The notes: generated by a model not told the origin, from the sequence alone. A DNA stretch of 62,457 nucleotides from Puniceicoccaceae bacterium K14 (GCA_022538095.1 JAKYXN010000032.1:1-62457); one strand, 5' to 3'. Positions 10,714-21,100 are shown, counted from the stretch's first letter. Program-made: numbers and translations.

Positions 10714-11301
10714 ATGATTGACGGTTTTCCAACTTCACCCAACTCCGTCCCAACTGGGCAAAGCTATGGTGCCTCGAACAACCGAGGCAACGCTATCACT
10801 GCGCCCGAACCGAGCGAGAAACCCAAGGAAGCAAAAGACCCTAACGAGCTCACGGATGCCGAAAAAGAGCAGGTCCGCAAACTAGAGGCTCGCGACGCAG
10901 AGGTTCGAGCCCACGAGCAAGCTCACCTGGCTGCAGCAGGAAGTTTAGCCAGAGGGGGCCCAACATACGTTTATCAGACCGGGCCTGATGGGAAAAACTA
11001 TGCGATCGGCGGAAGCGTCAAAATTGACACATCTCCCGGCAAAACCCCTGAAGAAACCAAGGAAAAAGCCGCTCAAATCCGAGCTTCCGCACTGGCGCCT
11101 GGAGACCCTTCTTCCCAAGACATAAAAGTCGCAGCAGCAGCCAGCACGATGGCCTTGAACGCTGAGTCCGAGGCGACCGAAGAAGAACCGGATCCCTTTG
11201 CCCAACCCGCGCTAAGTAAAAATCCGTTTGATTCTATCGTCTCTGCGTACAAAAAATCAGGCAACTCCCCAGCCGACTCCATCTACAATTTCGAAGCTTA
11301 G
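10714..11301 (+). CDS. HExxH-motif protein resembling the SprA-related putative metalloprotease family
   Basis: GGAGGA Shine-Dalgarno before the ATG. Low-complexity N-terminus, then ...VRAHEQAHLAAAG...YVYQTGPDGKNYAIGGSVKID... (HEQAH = HExxH). The family assignment is from memory of PF12118-like proteins. Confidence 0.45.
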   Translation: MIDGFPTSPNSVPTGQSYGASNNRGNAITAPEPSEKPKEAKDPNELTDAEKEQVRKLEARDAEVRAHEQAHLAAAGSLARGGPTYVYQTGPDGKNYAIGGSVKIDTSPGKTPEETKEKAAQIRASALAPGDPSSQDIKVAAAASTMALNAESEATEEEPDPFAQPALSKNPFDSIVSAYKKSGNSPADSIYNFEA

Positions 11302-12515
11302 AGAAGCCCTCCTTTAGTCAGTGCTTTGGTGAAAGCTCCCTTATAGAAAAGGAAACTGATCCATGCCATTAAAGGAACGGAAACTGCGCCTGCACCTGGA
11401 ACGAGTTGGAACAAGGCCAAGGCAATAAACAGAAGACGAATCAGCCATTTTACCAAAAATCCTTGTTTAAACGTCAAGTAACGCCGAAAGGGTCCAACTA
11501 GCTGGAAGCGGTAATAGATTACTCCAACGATCAACCCAACCGCAGGGATCAACCCCCAAAGCGCTCCGAACAATAGAACCTTAGGCAAACGGCTAGAAAT
11601 ATTATCGACGTATTTCCGATTCAAAGACTTATCACCCAATAACGCGATACCATCTTCTGGACACACAATATCGACTCCACGTTTTTTAACCTTCTCACCC
11701 GAAAGCGGAGATCGCTTCAACTCTAACAAACGGAGCTTTTGTCCCTCTATATCTGTGTTTGTTTCTTGAGTATGGCGCCCTAAAAACCCAAGAACAACAG
11801 GGGTTTTCACAGGTTCACTACAATTAAAACACTGCGTAGAAAAACTATGGATGCGCTCTCCGCATGAAGAACATTCTACCTTCGCTTCCTCTGCCTTCTT
11901 TGCGAAGCGCCTTTGCAGCAACCAAAGAGCAGCCAAAATCAAAACATTGATAGCGAGAACGCCCGTAATATAAAATGCTAGCAACCAAACGCCCCAGGTC
12001 GCCCAAAGATCTTCAAACCAACTAATAATCCCTCGGATGCCAAGCTCGTCATCTTCGTCTGCTTCATCCAAAAATGAGAGGACTCCTCCTCGGATCGTAG
12101 TGGCGAAATAAGTCACCGTTGCCGAGACCGCAGCAGGGATCATTTGGAAAATGTTGGCCTCTTGCATTAGATCTCCGATCACTTCCGCATCCCCAACGCT
12201 CACCATTCCCATTGTTGTCAAAGCAGATAGACCCGCTTTCACATAACCCATAAAGTCCTCCATCAAACGACGGACATCAGGAGATTTGTCTGCCGCGAAC
12301 TCCGCGAGCGATAACGCCCCCAAAGTTAGAAGAAACGCGTTGCTGGTAAACCAAGTTGGCTCACCGCCCGTCGCTTTAACAAAATCGAGATCTTTCAGAA
12401 AAGGAAGCGTATCCCCGAATCTCAAGGCGAGCGCCGTCAAAAAAGCAGGTAGAAATGCCCGGGAAGAGAAAAATCCAGACAGTCCGAGAGAATAAAGCAG
12501 AGAGTTCAAATTCAT
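11298..12515 (-). CDS. Integral membrane protein with internal Cys4 zinc ribbon (DUF4126-like N-terminus)
   Basis: Multi-TM protein. CSSCGERIHSFSTQCFNCSEP zinc ribbon mid-protein. Its 3' end overlaps the upstream gene by 4 bp. Confidence 0.45.
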   Translation of the reverse strand: MNLNSLLYSLGLSGFFSSRAFLPAFLTALALRFGDTLPFLKDLDFVKATGGEPTWFTSNAFLLTLGALSLAEFAADKSPDVRRLMEDFMGYVKAGLSALTTMGMVSVGDAEVIGDLMQEANIFQMIPAAVSATVTYFATTIRGGVLSFLDEADEDDELGIRGIISWFEDLWATWGVWLLAFYITGVLAINVLILAALWLLQRRFAKKAEEAKVECSSCGERIHSFSTQCFNCSEPVKTPVVLGFLGRHTQETNTDIEGQKLRLLELKRSPLSGEKVKKRGVDIVCPEDGIALLGDKSLNRKYVDNISSRLPKVLLFGALWGLIPAVGLIVGVIYYRFQLVGPFRRYLTFKQGFLVKWLIRLLFIALALFQLVPGAGAVSVPLMAWISFLFYKGAFTKALTKGGLL

Positions 12516-12686
12516 GATGTTACAGTTCGGGATCTTCCAATTTCGTAGCTAAGATTGTCGTGGATATCGAGAAGAATGATTCCCATAAGTGTAACATAAA
12601 TAGAGGACGATTAACGGAAACTGAGCTTGCCCTATGCTCTCGCATACTCTGTCCTTAAGGCAAATTTATGTCCCTGACTTAAAAAT

Positions 12687-14531
12687 ATGTGTGGAATTGT
12701 AGGTTACATCGGTAAACGCGAAGCAACCCCTATCCTTTTGGAAGGGCTCAAGCGATTGGAATATAGAGGATACGATTCAGCTGGAGTTGCTGTTCTTCAA
12801 AACGAAAAAATTGAATACAAGAAGAGGACAGGACGCGTCGCAGAACTATCTAGAGCGGCTTTGAACAATGGACTCTCAGGAACCCTTGGTATTTGCCACA
12901 CACGCTGGGCAACACACGGCGGAGTCACCGAGGAAAACGCCCACCCTCACCTCAGCAATGACGGAAAGATAGCCTTAGTTCACAACGGCGTTATTGAGAA
13001 TTATCTCTCTATCAAAAAATTTCTCACTTCAAAAGGCATCACATTTTATTCGGAAACCGACACCGAGGTATTCGTAAACTTGATAGCCTATCATTACGAA
13101 AAAGAGGCAGAATCGCCAAATCGCTTCAAAGAAAGTGTTCGCCGCAGTCTCAAGCACATAGAAGGAACCTACGGAATTGCTGCTATCTGTAGGGATTGCC
13201 CTGACGAAATGGTCGGAGCTCGCAAAGGCTCTCCTCTCATCGTTGGTGTAGGAGAAAACGAATACTTAATAGCGAGCGACGTTTCCGCTCTCGTAAGCCG
13301 TACTTCAAACGTTGTTTACCTCAACGATGGCGAGCTCGTTAGCATCAAGAACGGCGAATTGTCATTGGTCGACTATGAAGAAAAAACTCTCAAGCCTGAA
13401 ATTCACCAAGTCGATTGGGATACGAGCGAGGGGGAATTGGGCGACTTCGAGCACTTCATGCTCAAAGAAATTTTCGAGCAGTCGGAAGCAATTCAGAATG
13501 CCATGCGCGGTCGATTCTCAGACGATGAAAGCTCAGCTAAATTTGGCGGTCTCAACCTGTCTGCACAGGAGCTCCGCCAAATAGACCGTATTCTTTTCTG
13601 TGCTTGTGGCACTGCGTGGCACGCCTGCTTGGTCGGTGAGTATTTGATTGAGCGATACGCTAGAATCCCAGTGGAAGTTGAATACGCTTCCGAGTTCCGC
13701 TACCGAAATGCTCCGCTCGACAAAAACACTTTAGTAATCGTAATCAGCCAGTCCGGTGAAACCATCGATACTCTGGCGGCACTCAAGGAAGCGAAACGTA
13801 AGGGTTACAGAACACTCGCTATTAACAACAGTGTTGGCTCCACCATTGCTCGCGAATCTGACGGTGGGATTTACCAACATGCTGGGCCCGAAGTAGGAGT
13901 TGCTTCTACAAAGGCATTTACCTCGCAATTGATGATCTTGAGCATGATGGCCGTCTATTTCGGTCGATTACGTGACCTCAGTTTCCAAGAAGGCTTAGAG
14001 TGCGTCAAAGGGTTAAAACGTGTTCCTGAGCTAGTAGAAAATGCAGTCCAACAAAACGACGCTATCTACAAGATCGCCGAAAAATACAAAGACATGACCG
14101 ACTGTCTTTTCCTCGGCAGACAGGATATGTTCCCGATCGCTCTAGAAGGAGCTCTGAAATTGAAAGAAATTTCCTATATCCACGCAGAGGGTTACCCTGC
14201 AGCCGAGATGAAACACGGGCCAATTGCTCTCATCAGCAAAGATTGCCCAGTCATTGTGTTAGCCACTCAACCAGATATTTTCGGAAAACTGATCTCGAAC
14301 ATTCAAGAGGTGAAAGCACGCGGCGCTCCAGTAATCGCAGTCACTTGTGAAAGCCACCCACTTCCAGAAGGTCTGGCAGACGACGAGATAGTTATTCCTG
14401 ATTGTCACCGCGCCGCCCTTCCAATCCTCGCTAGCATCCCGATGCAATTGTTGAGCTACCACATCGCAAAACTTCGAGGATGCGACGTGGACAAGCCAAG
14501 AAATTTGGCTAAATCAGTCACCGTCGAGTAA
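12687..14531 (+). CDS. glmS: Glutamine--fructose-6-phosphate aminotransferase (isomerizing)
   Basis: MCGIVGYIG Ntn-amidotransferase start. Two SIS domains. Ends ...KSVTVE. 614 aa. Confidence 0.97.
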   Translation: MCGIVGYIGKREATPILLEGLKRLEYRGYDSAGVAVLQNEKIEYKKRTGRVAELSRAALNNGLSGTLGICHTRWATHGGVTEENAHPHLSNDGKIALVHNGVIENYLSIKKFLTSKGITFYSETDTEVFVNLIAYHYEKEAESPNRFKESVRRSLKHIEGTYGIAAICRDCPDEMVGARKGSPLIVGVGENEYLIASDVSALVSRTSNVVYLNDGELVSIKNGELSLVDYEEKTLKPEIHQVDWDTSEGELGDFEHFMLKEIFEQSEAIQNAMRGRFSDDESSAKFGGLNLSAQELRQIDRILFCACGTAWHACLVGEYLIERYARIPVEVEYASEFRYRNAPLDKNTLVIVISQSGETIDTLAALKEAKRKGYRTLAINNSVGSTIARESDGGIYQHAGPEVGVASTKAFTSQLMILSMMAVYFGRLRDLSFQEGLECVKGLKRVPELVENAVQQNDAIYKIAEKYKDMTDCLFLGRQDMFPIALEGALKLKEISYIHAEGYPAAEMKHGPIALISKDCPVIVLATQPDIFGKLISNIQEVKARGAPVIAVTCESHPLPEGLADDEIVIPDCHRAALPILASIPMQLLSYHIAKLRGCDVDKPRNLAKSVTVE

Positions 14532-14567
14532 TAGGCCTCTAGTCTTTAAAACAAAAAAGCGAAAGTT

Positions 14568-14852
14568 CTATGCTTTCGCTTCAAAGAGTTGGCCAACTGT
14601 CGGCTCTACACCGATCTTGCCAGAATTGCCGTACGCTAGTTTGTGCATGAGCGCATTGTTCAGCTTAGATTGAGCCGCCTTGAAAGCTGTCTTTTTGGAG
14701 ATATTCACCTTCTGCTTTGTCTCGCGCGACCATTCGCTATCAAAGCTACCACGCTTGACCGACGAGCTATAACTCGAAGCAGAATCGGATAAGCGGTTAA
14801 GCGGTATGGCGTCACTAAAAGACATACCCATACTTTTACCAGATCTACTCAT
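14568..14852 (-). CDS. Hypothetical protein (Ser/Lys-rich, 94 aa)
   Basis: ATG-initiated ORF with no recognisable domain. Its 3' end overlaps a hairpin shared with the glmS terminator region. Confidence 0.3.
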   Translation of the reverse strand: MSRSGKSMGMSFSDAIPLNRLSDSASSYSSSVKRGSFDSEWSRETKQKVNISKKTAFKAAQSKLNNALMHKLAYGNSGKIGVEPTVGQLFEAKA

Positions 14853-15089
14853 TTTGACAATAGCGTAAACTACTCATTCTTACACATCTTTAATAAATTT
14901 TATGTAAAACTGAGTAGTTTCCGTCAGGTCGAAACACTTAAAGCCCAAGATTCCGCCAAGCGCTGATCTCTATTTTAGGAGCAAACCCATGCGAGGATCC
15001 TTCATCTGTTGATTCTCCAAAAAAACCTGAATCGAATAACAATTCGATCCAGGTTGAAGTGAAATAAAAGCTATGATTTGGAGAACCTG

Positions 15090-15350
15090 TTAGTTCGAAC
15101 CGTTCATCGTCGAGCCATCGGGGGCACGTTCAACGATTTGGTAACCACGACTTCTTGCCCAGTTTCTAGCTGCTTTTCGATTGTTGAATTCAATATCGAC
15201 CAACGCCTTGGAAGGATCATTGCTCTCTAAATCGAGAAGCCTAAAACGGCCATTCGGTTGTTCGCCTAAGCGAGCTTCCTTAAACGTGAATTTAGTCCCT
15301 TGCATAATACAAATTAAGTGAACGATTCTTTTAATCGGCACCATTGACAT
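15090..15350 (-). CDS. Hypothetical protein (86 aa) downstream of rapA
   Basis: ATG-initiated ORF co-oriented with rapA. No family recognised. Confidence 0.35.
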   Translation of the reverse strand: MSMVPIKRIVHLICIMQGTKFTFKEARLGEQPNGRFRLLDLESNDPSKALVDIEFNNRKAARNWARSRGYQIVERAPDGSTMNGSN

Positions 15351-15425
15351 TTCCTTACACGGATATGCACCACTTATATGTTTTTGAGCTAAAATACTTA
15401 ACGCCTTTTGCCCTCGGTCACAGGT

Positions 15426-18290
15426 TTAATGATCCGCCCTCAAATCGTCGACGTCACCTTGGACAATCAAACGAATAGAATCCAGGCGCAGTCGTGACTG
15501 CTTGATCGCATTGTCCACCCCCTTGATCTCCTTTTTCGCCATAACAATTTCGTCGTCTGATACGTTATCGTTAATACGACTGAGATCCTCCAAACGGGTA
15601 AGTTCAGTCGAAAGAGCATTTACCATAGAAGTACGAGCTTTAGATTTCACCTTTTTGGCATAATCGTCCGCGATCCCCTCTGCTCCCTCAAGCATCGCTC
15701 TGAGAAATTCGACAGTAAAGCCAGGTCTTTCCAAGAAACGGTTAACCGAGCCATCCTCAATTTCAGCATCCAATGACTCAGGATCTAGTTCATCGCTTAG
15801 ATCATTGCCTCGGATATCAACGACAATACGAATTGGAGTAGGTGAAAGGAATCGATCTACATGTAATTTCGAATGTGAAACAGATTCCAATACAAAGATA
15901 GCTTCTAACAAGATGTTCGGAGCATCTCCTTCTAGGACACAGAAAGACGCAGTGCCTTTATCCGAATTCACCAACAGATCAAACGATTCCGAGATTAGTG
16001 AATGATCTTGAGTAACAAATACGATATCTTCTCTCGAGATCGCTCGCTTCCGTTCGAAAGTCGCTAACATACCTTCCGCTGGAATAGATGGAAACGCTTC
16101 GACATAAGCGTGCGATGGGTCAATAAAAACATCCCCCCCTTCATGCTCATCTACCCTCACTCCAAAAAAGTCCAAAATTTCAATTATCATTGAACGCGTT
16201 TCGACATTCGAATCCGCTTTTCGAATACGATCTAAAACGCCTTGAGCAATCTTTTCATCAAAGGAATTCAACTCCAATAGCCTGTCTCTGCCTTTTTGAA
16301 GCTTAACAGAAAGGTCAGCTCTAAAACGTTCCGTCTCTTCTACGAAGACCTCTAGCTCTTCTCTTCTCACCGAACTCCGAGGCTTACCGTACTCTAAGGC
16401 GTTCTCCAATACGCGGTTGCCAAACTTCTGCAGATATTCATTGCCGCCATGCAAACAGAGTTCAAACGCGTCGAGCCCCTGATGATACCATTCGGCAATA
16501 AACTCCTGACAACTGCCAACGATATAAGGCACGTGAACTTGAATCACTTGAGTCTGTCCAATGCGATCCAATCTTCCGATACGTTGCTCCAACAAGCCAG
16601 GGTTCAATGGCAAGTCGAACAAAACCAAGTGGTGAGCGAATTGGAAATTTCTCCCTTCTGACCCAATCTCAGAACACAACAGCAACTGAGCTCCGCCTTC
16701 TTCAGCAAACCAAGCCGCATTTCGGTCTCGCTGCACAATCGGTAAATCCTCGTGAAAGAGCCCCAGTTTAACATTGATCGCGTCTAACAAAGCTGCCTCA
16801 AGGGCCAAAACCTTTTGCTTGGATTTACAGATCAAGAGAACTTTCACTCCCTTTCTTGCCTTGAGAAAGGCGACGAGCCAATCAAGACGCGGATCATTCT
16901 TAAAATTATAGCGTATCGAAGATTCGGAGTCATTCGCTTCTGCCTCTAGCTCTTTCGCCATCTTTGCAACAATCGCGGGATCGTCCGCGGGCAGTGGAGC
17001 CGGACAATACATTCGCTTAGGAAAATCTTTCATGTTACGCCTCGAATTGCGGAACACTACTCTCCCCGTGCCATGCTCGTCCAACAATGCTCTCAGGAGA
17101 GATTTTTTTGCACCTGGTTTGCCTGATTGCAAATCTACCAGACGTTTCTCCAGCCCATCTTCATCTTTGTTGAAGATTCGCTTTAAAGTCTCTAGATCAC
17201 TCTCGGACAAGTCATCATCATCGATTATCTTTCCCGAAATTTCTGCGACGTATTCAAAATCTTTAGACTCTTCTTTAAAATCCTCAATATTCGAATAACG
17301 ATCCGAATCCAACAACCGCAAACGAGCAAAGTGACCTTCCAAGCCCAGTTGAGTAGGCGTCGCCGTTAGTAAGAGCAACCCAGGCGTTTTCTCTGCCAAC
17401 GATTCAACCAGTTGGTATTCTCCACTTGATTCCTCGGGCGACCATTCAAGATGGTGCGCTTCGTCGACCACGACTAAATCCCAACGAGCCTCAATCGCCT
17501 GAGCACCACGCACCTCACTCTTCGCCAGATAATCGACGCTACATAAAATGAGCTGTTCATCCAAAAATGGATTGCCGTCCTCATTACTCGCTTCCGCCGC
17601 GCGACACCGATCCTCGTCATAAATACTAAACCAGAGATTAAATCTTCGTAAGAGTTCGACAAACCATTGATGCACCAAAGATTCTGGTACGAGAACGAGA
17701 ATTCGCTCCGCTCGCCCAACCGCCCTCAAGCGCTGCATGATTAGACAGGCTTCAATCGTTTTTCCCAATCCCACTTCATCCGAGAGAAGCACTCGAGGAA
17801 TCTGTCGAGACGCCACTTCTTCCAATATATAATACTGGTGTGGTATCAAATCGACCCGTCCGCCCAAGTAACCCCGAACATCCGACTGGCGAATGCTATT
17901 TTGCATTTCGAGGGACTTCAGTCGTAAATCAAACGCATCTTTTGGGTCGACTTGCCCATTCATCAAACGTTCATGCGGTTTGCTAAAGCTAGTAGAATCA
18001 GAAAGCAGTTCTTCCGACGCCCGGCCTTCTTCGCCAACGTACGTGAGCAACCCGTCGTTGTCTTCAATTTCTGAAACGACAAACGCCAATCCGTCCCGCG
18101 TGGAAACTTTTTCTCCGACGCGAAATTGTACTCGCTTCAAGATCGGCGTGTCAGACGCATACAGTCTTTTCTCACCAGATCCAGGAAAGGAAACCGAAAT
18201 TCGATAGCTTTCGACGCCATCCACTATCCCCAATCCCAGCTCGGGCTCCGGTTCGCTTACATATCGTTGGCCAATTTGAAATTTTGACAT
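15426..18290 (-). CDS. rapA: RNA polymerase-associated Snf2-family ATPase RapA (HepA)
   Basis: N-terminus MSKFQIGQRYVSEPEPELGLGIV...GEKRLYAS matches the RapA N-terminal domain. Helicase motifs DEVGLGKT, DEAHHL and the Snf2 C-domain are present. 954 aa. Confidence 0.9.
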   Translation of the reverse strand: MSKFQIGQRYVSEPEPELGLGIVDGVESYRISVSFPGSGEKRLYASDTPILKRVQFRVGEKVSTRDGLAFVVSEIEDNDGLLTYVGEEGRASEELLSDSTSFSKPHERLMNGQVDPKDAFDLRLKSLEMQNSIRQSDVRGYLGGRVDLIPHQYYILEEVASRQIPRVLLSDEVGLGKTIEACLIMQRLRAVGRAERILVLVPESLVHQWFVELLRRFNLWFSIYDEDRCRAAEASNEDGNPFLDEQLILCSVDYLAKSEVRGAQAIEARWDLVVVDEAHHLEWSPEESSGEYQLVESLAEKTPGLLLLTATPTQLGLEGHFARLRLLDSDRYSNIEDFKEESKDFEYVAEISGKIIDDDDLSESDLETLKRIFNKDEDGLEKRLVDLQSGKPGAKKSLLRALLDEHGTGRVVFRNSRRNMKDFPKRMYCPAPLPADDPAIVAKMAKELEAEANDSESSIRYNFKNDPRLDWLVAFLKARKGVKVLLICKSKQKVLALEAALLDAINVKLGLFHEDLPIVQRDRNAAWFAEEGGAQLLLCSEIGSEGRNFQFAHHLVLFDLPLNPGLLEQRIGRLDRIGQTQVIQVHVPYIVGSCQEFIAEWYHQGLDAFELCLHGGNEYLQKFGNRVLENALEYGKPRSSVRREELEVFVEETERFRADLSVKLQKGRDRLLELNSFDEKIAQGVLDRIRKADSNVETRSMIIEILDFFGVRVDEHEGGDVFIDPSHAYVEAFPSIPAEGMLATFERKRAISREDIVFVTQDHSLISESFDLLVNSDKGTASFCVLEGDAPNILLEAIFVLESVSHSKLHVDRFLSPTPIRIVVDIRGNDLSDELDPESLDAEIEDGSVNRFLERPGFTVEFLRAMLEGAEGIADDYAKKVKSKARTSMVNALSTELTRLEDLSRINDNVSDDEIVMAKKEIKGVDNAIKQSRLRLDSIRLIVQGDVDDLRADH

Positions 18291-18460
18291 GCGGGCAATG
18301 TGAGGAATTTCGCAAACAAACCAATGACGAAATGCCCCACCTTTCTAAAATCGCTATCCATGCAACCAAACCAAACATCATTAAGTTTAGCTCTGCGAGA
18401 CCGTTAAGCACTTGGGACCTTTTCACCAAAATTGCGCACGCGATCCCCTTTCCCCTCAAA

Positions 18461-19396
18461 ATGAGTCATTACAACGAGAACAAAGACGGTATTCTCCTAG
18501 CAACGGGTACCAACGAAGTGGAATTCATGGAATTCCAACTCAACAGCGTCAGCTACGGTATCAATGTCTCTAAAATCCAACGCCTTGCAGCCCTCGGAGG
18601 AATCCCAGTTACGAAAATTCCCCAGGCTCACCCCTGCGTTGTCGGCTCGATTCACAATCACGGTGTTCCAATCAAATTGCTAGACCTCAAAGAAGCTCTT
18701 GGAATCCAAGGCCAAGAATCGACTGACTCTAGTAGGCAATTGGTGATGGTTACAAAATTCAACAGCATCACCACAGCTTTTTTAATCGATTCAATATCGA
18801 AAATTCATCGCTTGTCCTGGACATTATTCGATCCGATTAGCGAAGCTATTTCTACAAGTGCAGACGCCAGCTTCAGCACAGGCACGGTAACCCTAGATGA
18901 TAGGATCATCATCATCTTGGACCTTGAGCGTCTCATGCTTAGCTATTTTCCAAACGCCTTCAAAAAAGATATCATAAACGAGAAAGTAGACTACGATTCT
19001 GCCCGGGAAAATAAGCGAATTGTTTATGTCGAGGATTCGAAAGTCGTGAGCACAATGACTATGGACCTGCTAAATCAGGCAGGCTATACCCAAGTAAAAC
19101 CTTTCGTGAATGGCGAAGAAGCAATTCGCTACATTAGAGAAAACCAAGATTCCGTCGATGTCGTACTCACTGATATCGAGATGCCGATGATGGATGGACT
19201 AACTCTATGCAAGAACGTCAAAGCCCTTGAAATAAGCGAAGACGATATAGCTATCTCCGTGGTTATTTATTCATCGCTAATTACCCCTGAAATGTCCAAG
19301 AAATGCGAATACGTTGGAGCAGATGCCCAGCTATCCAAATCCGAAGGCCCTAAGATTTTGCAGACACTCGACAAGATTTGCTTGAGCCGAAATTAG
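18461..19396 (+). CDS. cheV: Chemotaxis protein CheV (CheW-like domain + receiver domain)
   Basis: CheW-like N-terminal half. REC domain with ...VYVEDSKVV...VDVVLTDIEMPMMDGL...K. The track start at 18284 overlaps rapA, so the ATG at 18461 is preferred. Confidence 0.75.
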   Translation: MSHYNENKDGILLATGTNEVEFMEFQLNSVSYGINVSKIQRLAALGGIPVTKIPQAHPCVVGSIHNHGVPIKLLDLKEALGIQGQESTDSSRQLVMVTKFNSITTAFLIDSISKIHRLSWTLFDPISEAISTSADASFSTGTVTLDDRIIIILDLERLMLSYFPNAFKKDIINEKVDYDSARENKRIVYVEDSKVVSTMTMDLLNQAGYTQVKPFVNGEEAIRYIRENQDSVDVVLTDIEMPMMDGLTLCKNVKALEISEDDIAISVVIYSSLITPEMSKKCEYVGADAQLSKSEGPKILQTLDKICLSRN

Positions 19397-20367
19397 CGAG
19401 TAAGTTCGGGAACGCACAACTCTCGCACAAGAGTTTTAGACGCGTAATCCCAATACCAAACAGATTCTCTCTTTAAGAGACATCCCCCTACCCAACGCTC
19501 TCCGAAATGTAGCTCCGTATACGAAGTCTTTCCTTCAAGCACGTTTTTGCCATCCACTGTCAAACGCAACTGCTGAGCATAAAAATCATCCCAGGCTAAG
19601 TCCTTAGGCGGACAAAGAAAATCGTCACCATTCGCGCATTCGATTAACGGACTCTTTCGAACGCACAAGCGATCCAAGTAGGCCCAAAAATCCCAATTCA
19701 ATAGGTAGGGATTTTCTTCGGTTTCTTGAAAGGCATCAAACAATTCCTGCGGCCGAGAAATGCCCAAAGCAACTGCATCTAGTATCTGGGCTTCGGCCAG
19801 CGAAAGACCGTTCTCCGAGCTGGGATACTCTTGCAGCAATCGCTCGGCTGCTTTGGCAAGCACGGCGTTAGAGGATTTCAATGTTCCCAACAAAAAGCGC
19901 GGATCCTTACTCGCAAACGCGATCCAAAAACTGCGATAACTCTCTAGCTCTTCAACGCTAGGCTTTTCAAACCCCTCATCTCGCAACAAGTCATCATCAT
20001 TCTGGCCTACCTTTAAAAACACGCGATCTAGGCAATCAGTATCAGATAGGCTCAACCAAAAGCATAATTGAGCCAATTTCAGTTGGTCTCCTAAAGATCG
20101 ACCAAACAAAAGCCTCACCTCTTCCTTCGCTTCAAGAGCCTCTTGCAGGGCACTGTTTCGCAGATTGAAGTCTTCTTTGATTGCTAAGTCCTCATCCCAT
20201 CCAAACGAGCGATAAACATCCGCACGATCTGCCGAAAACTGTGTTATATCCGCCGTAGGCGTAACGCGGCCCATATGCAATCGGTCGGCCCAAGCAAGAA
20301 ACTCGCCTTCTCTTTCAGAAGTCGTGAGGCGACTTACGGTCGTATCTGAGTCGGTTACAGTCAGCAT
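19393..20367 (-). CDS. DUF1835 domain protein (with DUF3658-like C-terminus)
   Basis: N-terminus MLTVTDSDTTVSRL...GEFLAWADRLHMGRVTP matches the DUF1835 consensus (H.TNGDS...VLPWRDVLHEGP). The track TTG start was replaced by the ATG at 20367. Confidence 0.55.
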   Translation of the reverse strand: MLTVTDSDTTVSRLTTSEREGEFLAWADRLHMGRVTPTADITQFSADRADVYRSFGWDEDLAIKEDFNLRNSALQEALEAKEEVRLLFGRSLGDQLKLAQLCFWLSLSDTDCLDRVFLKVGQNDDDLLRDEGFEKPSVEELESYRSFWIAFASKDPRFLLGTLKSSNAVLAKAAERLLQEYPSSENGLSLAEAQILDAVALGISRPQELFDAFQETEENPYLLNWDFWAYLDRLCVRKSPLIECANGDDFLCPPKDLAWDDFYAQQLRLTVDGKNVLEGKTSYTELHFGERWVGGCLLKRESVWYWDYASKTLVRELCVPELTR

Positions 20368-20444
20368 TCGCGGACTCAAACCATTGCCCTCTATGACCTT
20401 CTAGGTCAAATCCGATTTCAGTAAAACAAACTTAAAAGAGCGAG

Positions 20445-20975
20445 CTACTCGTAGCACAAATCGACCAAAATCGGCGATTTCATCAAAGCAAACGCATACT
20501 GCTTTCGGAATCTCAGCCTATCCACATTCACTTTACCTCGCCCATTGGCGACCACCTTAGGAGTAGTTAGCATTAAATTCGGGTGCCACTTCGTCATCCC
20601 GCCCTTCACGAGCCCAACCAAGCTATTACCCAACTCTCCGAGCGCATCTTTCAACACCTCGTTTGAGTCCTCTCCTATCCACTCCAGGCTCGGAACATCC
20701 AAAAGCTTTACTGCAAACCGTTCCGCTAAGGTACGCGACAATTGAAGGTGAATGTTGCCATGAGCATCCCCTACAAACCCCACGGTAATCGTAAAATAGC
20801 CGTCTGCCATTTCCTTTAAACGAGGCAACATATCCGACCCCAAATCACCAGGTCCTTTCAACAAACTCGACTTCGCATAAGTCGCCTTTTCCGATATCAT
20901 GAAATCAAAAACGTGGGTAATCGCCTCTTTAGCCAGCGAATCGAAGCGCTCTGGGTTGATTTGAATAGTTGTCAT
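20445..20975 (-). CDS. CheX/CheC-like chemotaxis phosphatase family protein
   Basis: DALGELGNSLVGLVKG resembles the CheC/CheX signature (ELxNxxxG). ~177 aa. Start trimmed to the ATG at 20975 (MTTIQINPERF). Confidence 0.6.
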   Translation of the reverse strand: MTTIQINPERFDSLAKEAITHVFDFMISEKATYAKSSLLKGPGDLGSDMLPRLKEMADGYFTITVGFVGDAHGNIHLQLSRTLAERFAVKLLDVPSLEWIGEDSNEVLKDALGELGNSLVGLVKGGMTKWHPNLMLTTPKVVANGRGKVNVDRLRFRKQYAFALMKSPILVDLCYE

Positions 20976-21100
20976 AAAAAAATTGGTTCGAGTAGAGCGA
21001 TCTTCCACCAAAAAGAAGCCATCGCCACACAACTTTGCCTATGATCGACCCACATGACCACAACCTAAGCTTAACCACCCAAATACAGCGGGACATATCG

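Noticed and set aside
12516-12686. Possible glmS ribozyme or riboswitch leader upstream of glmS.
   Set aside because: glmS ribozymes are essentially Gram-positive features. The 170-bp leader shows no conserved core that I recognise.
18284-18460. Upstream extension of the cheV ORF that overlaps the rapA start.
   Set aside because: The CheW-like domain begins after the ATG at 18461. The extension has no homology and would overlap rapA by about 180 nt.
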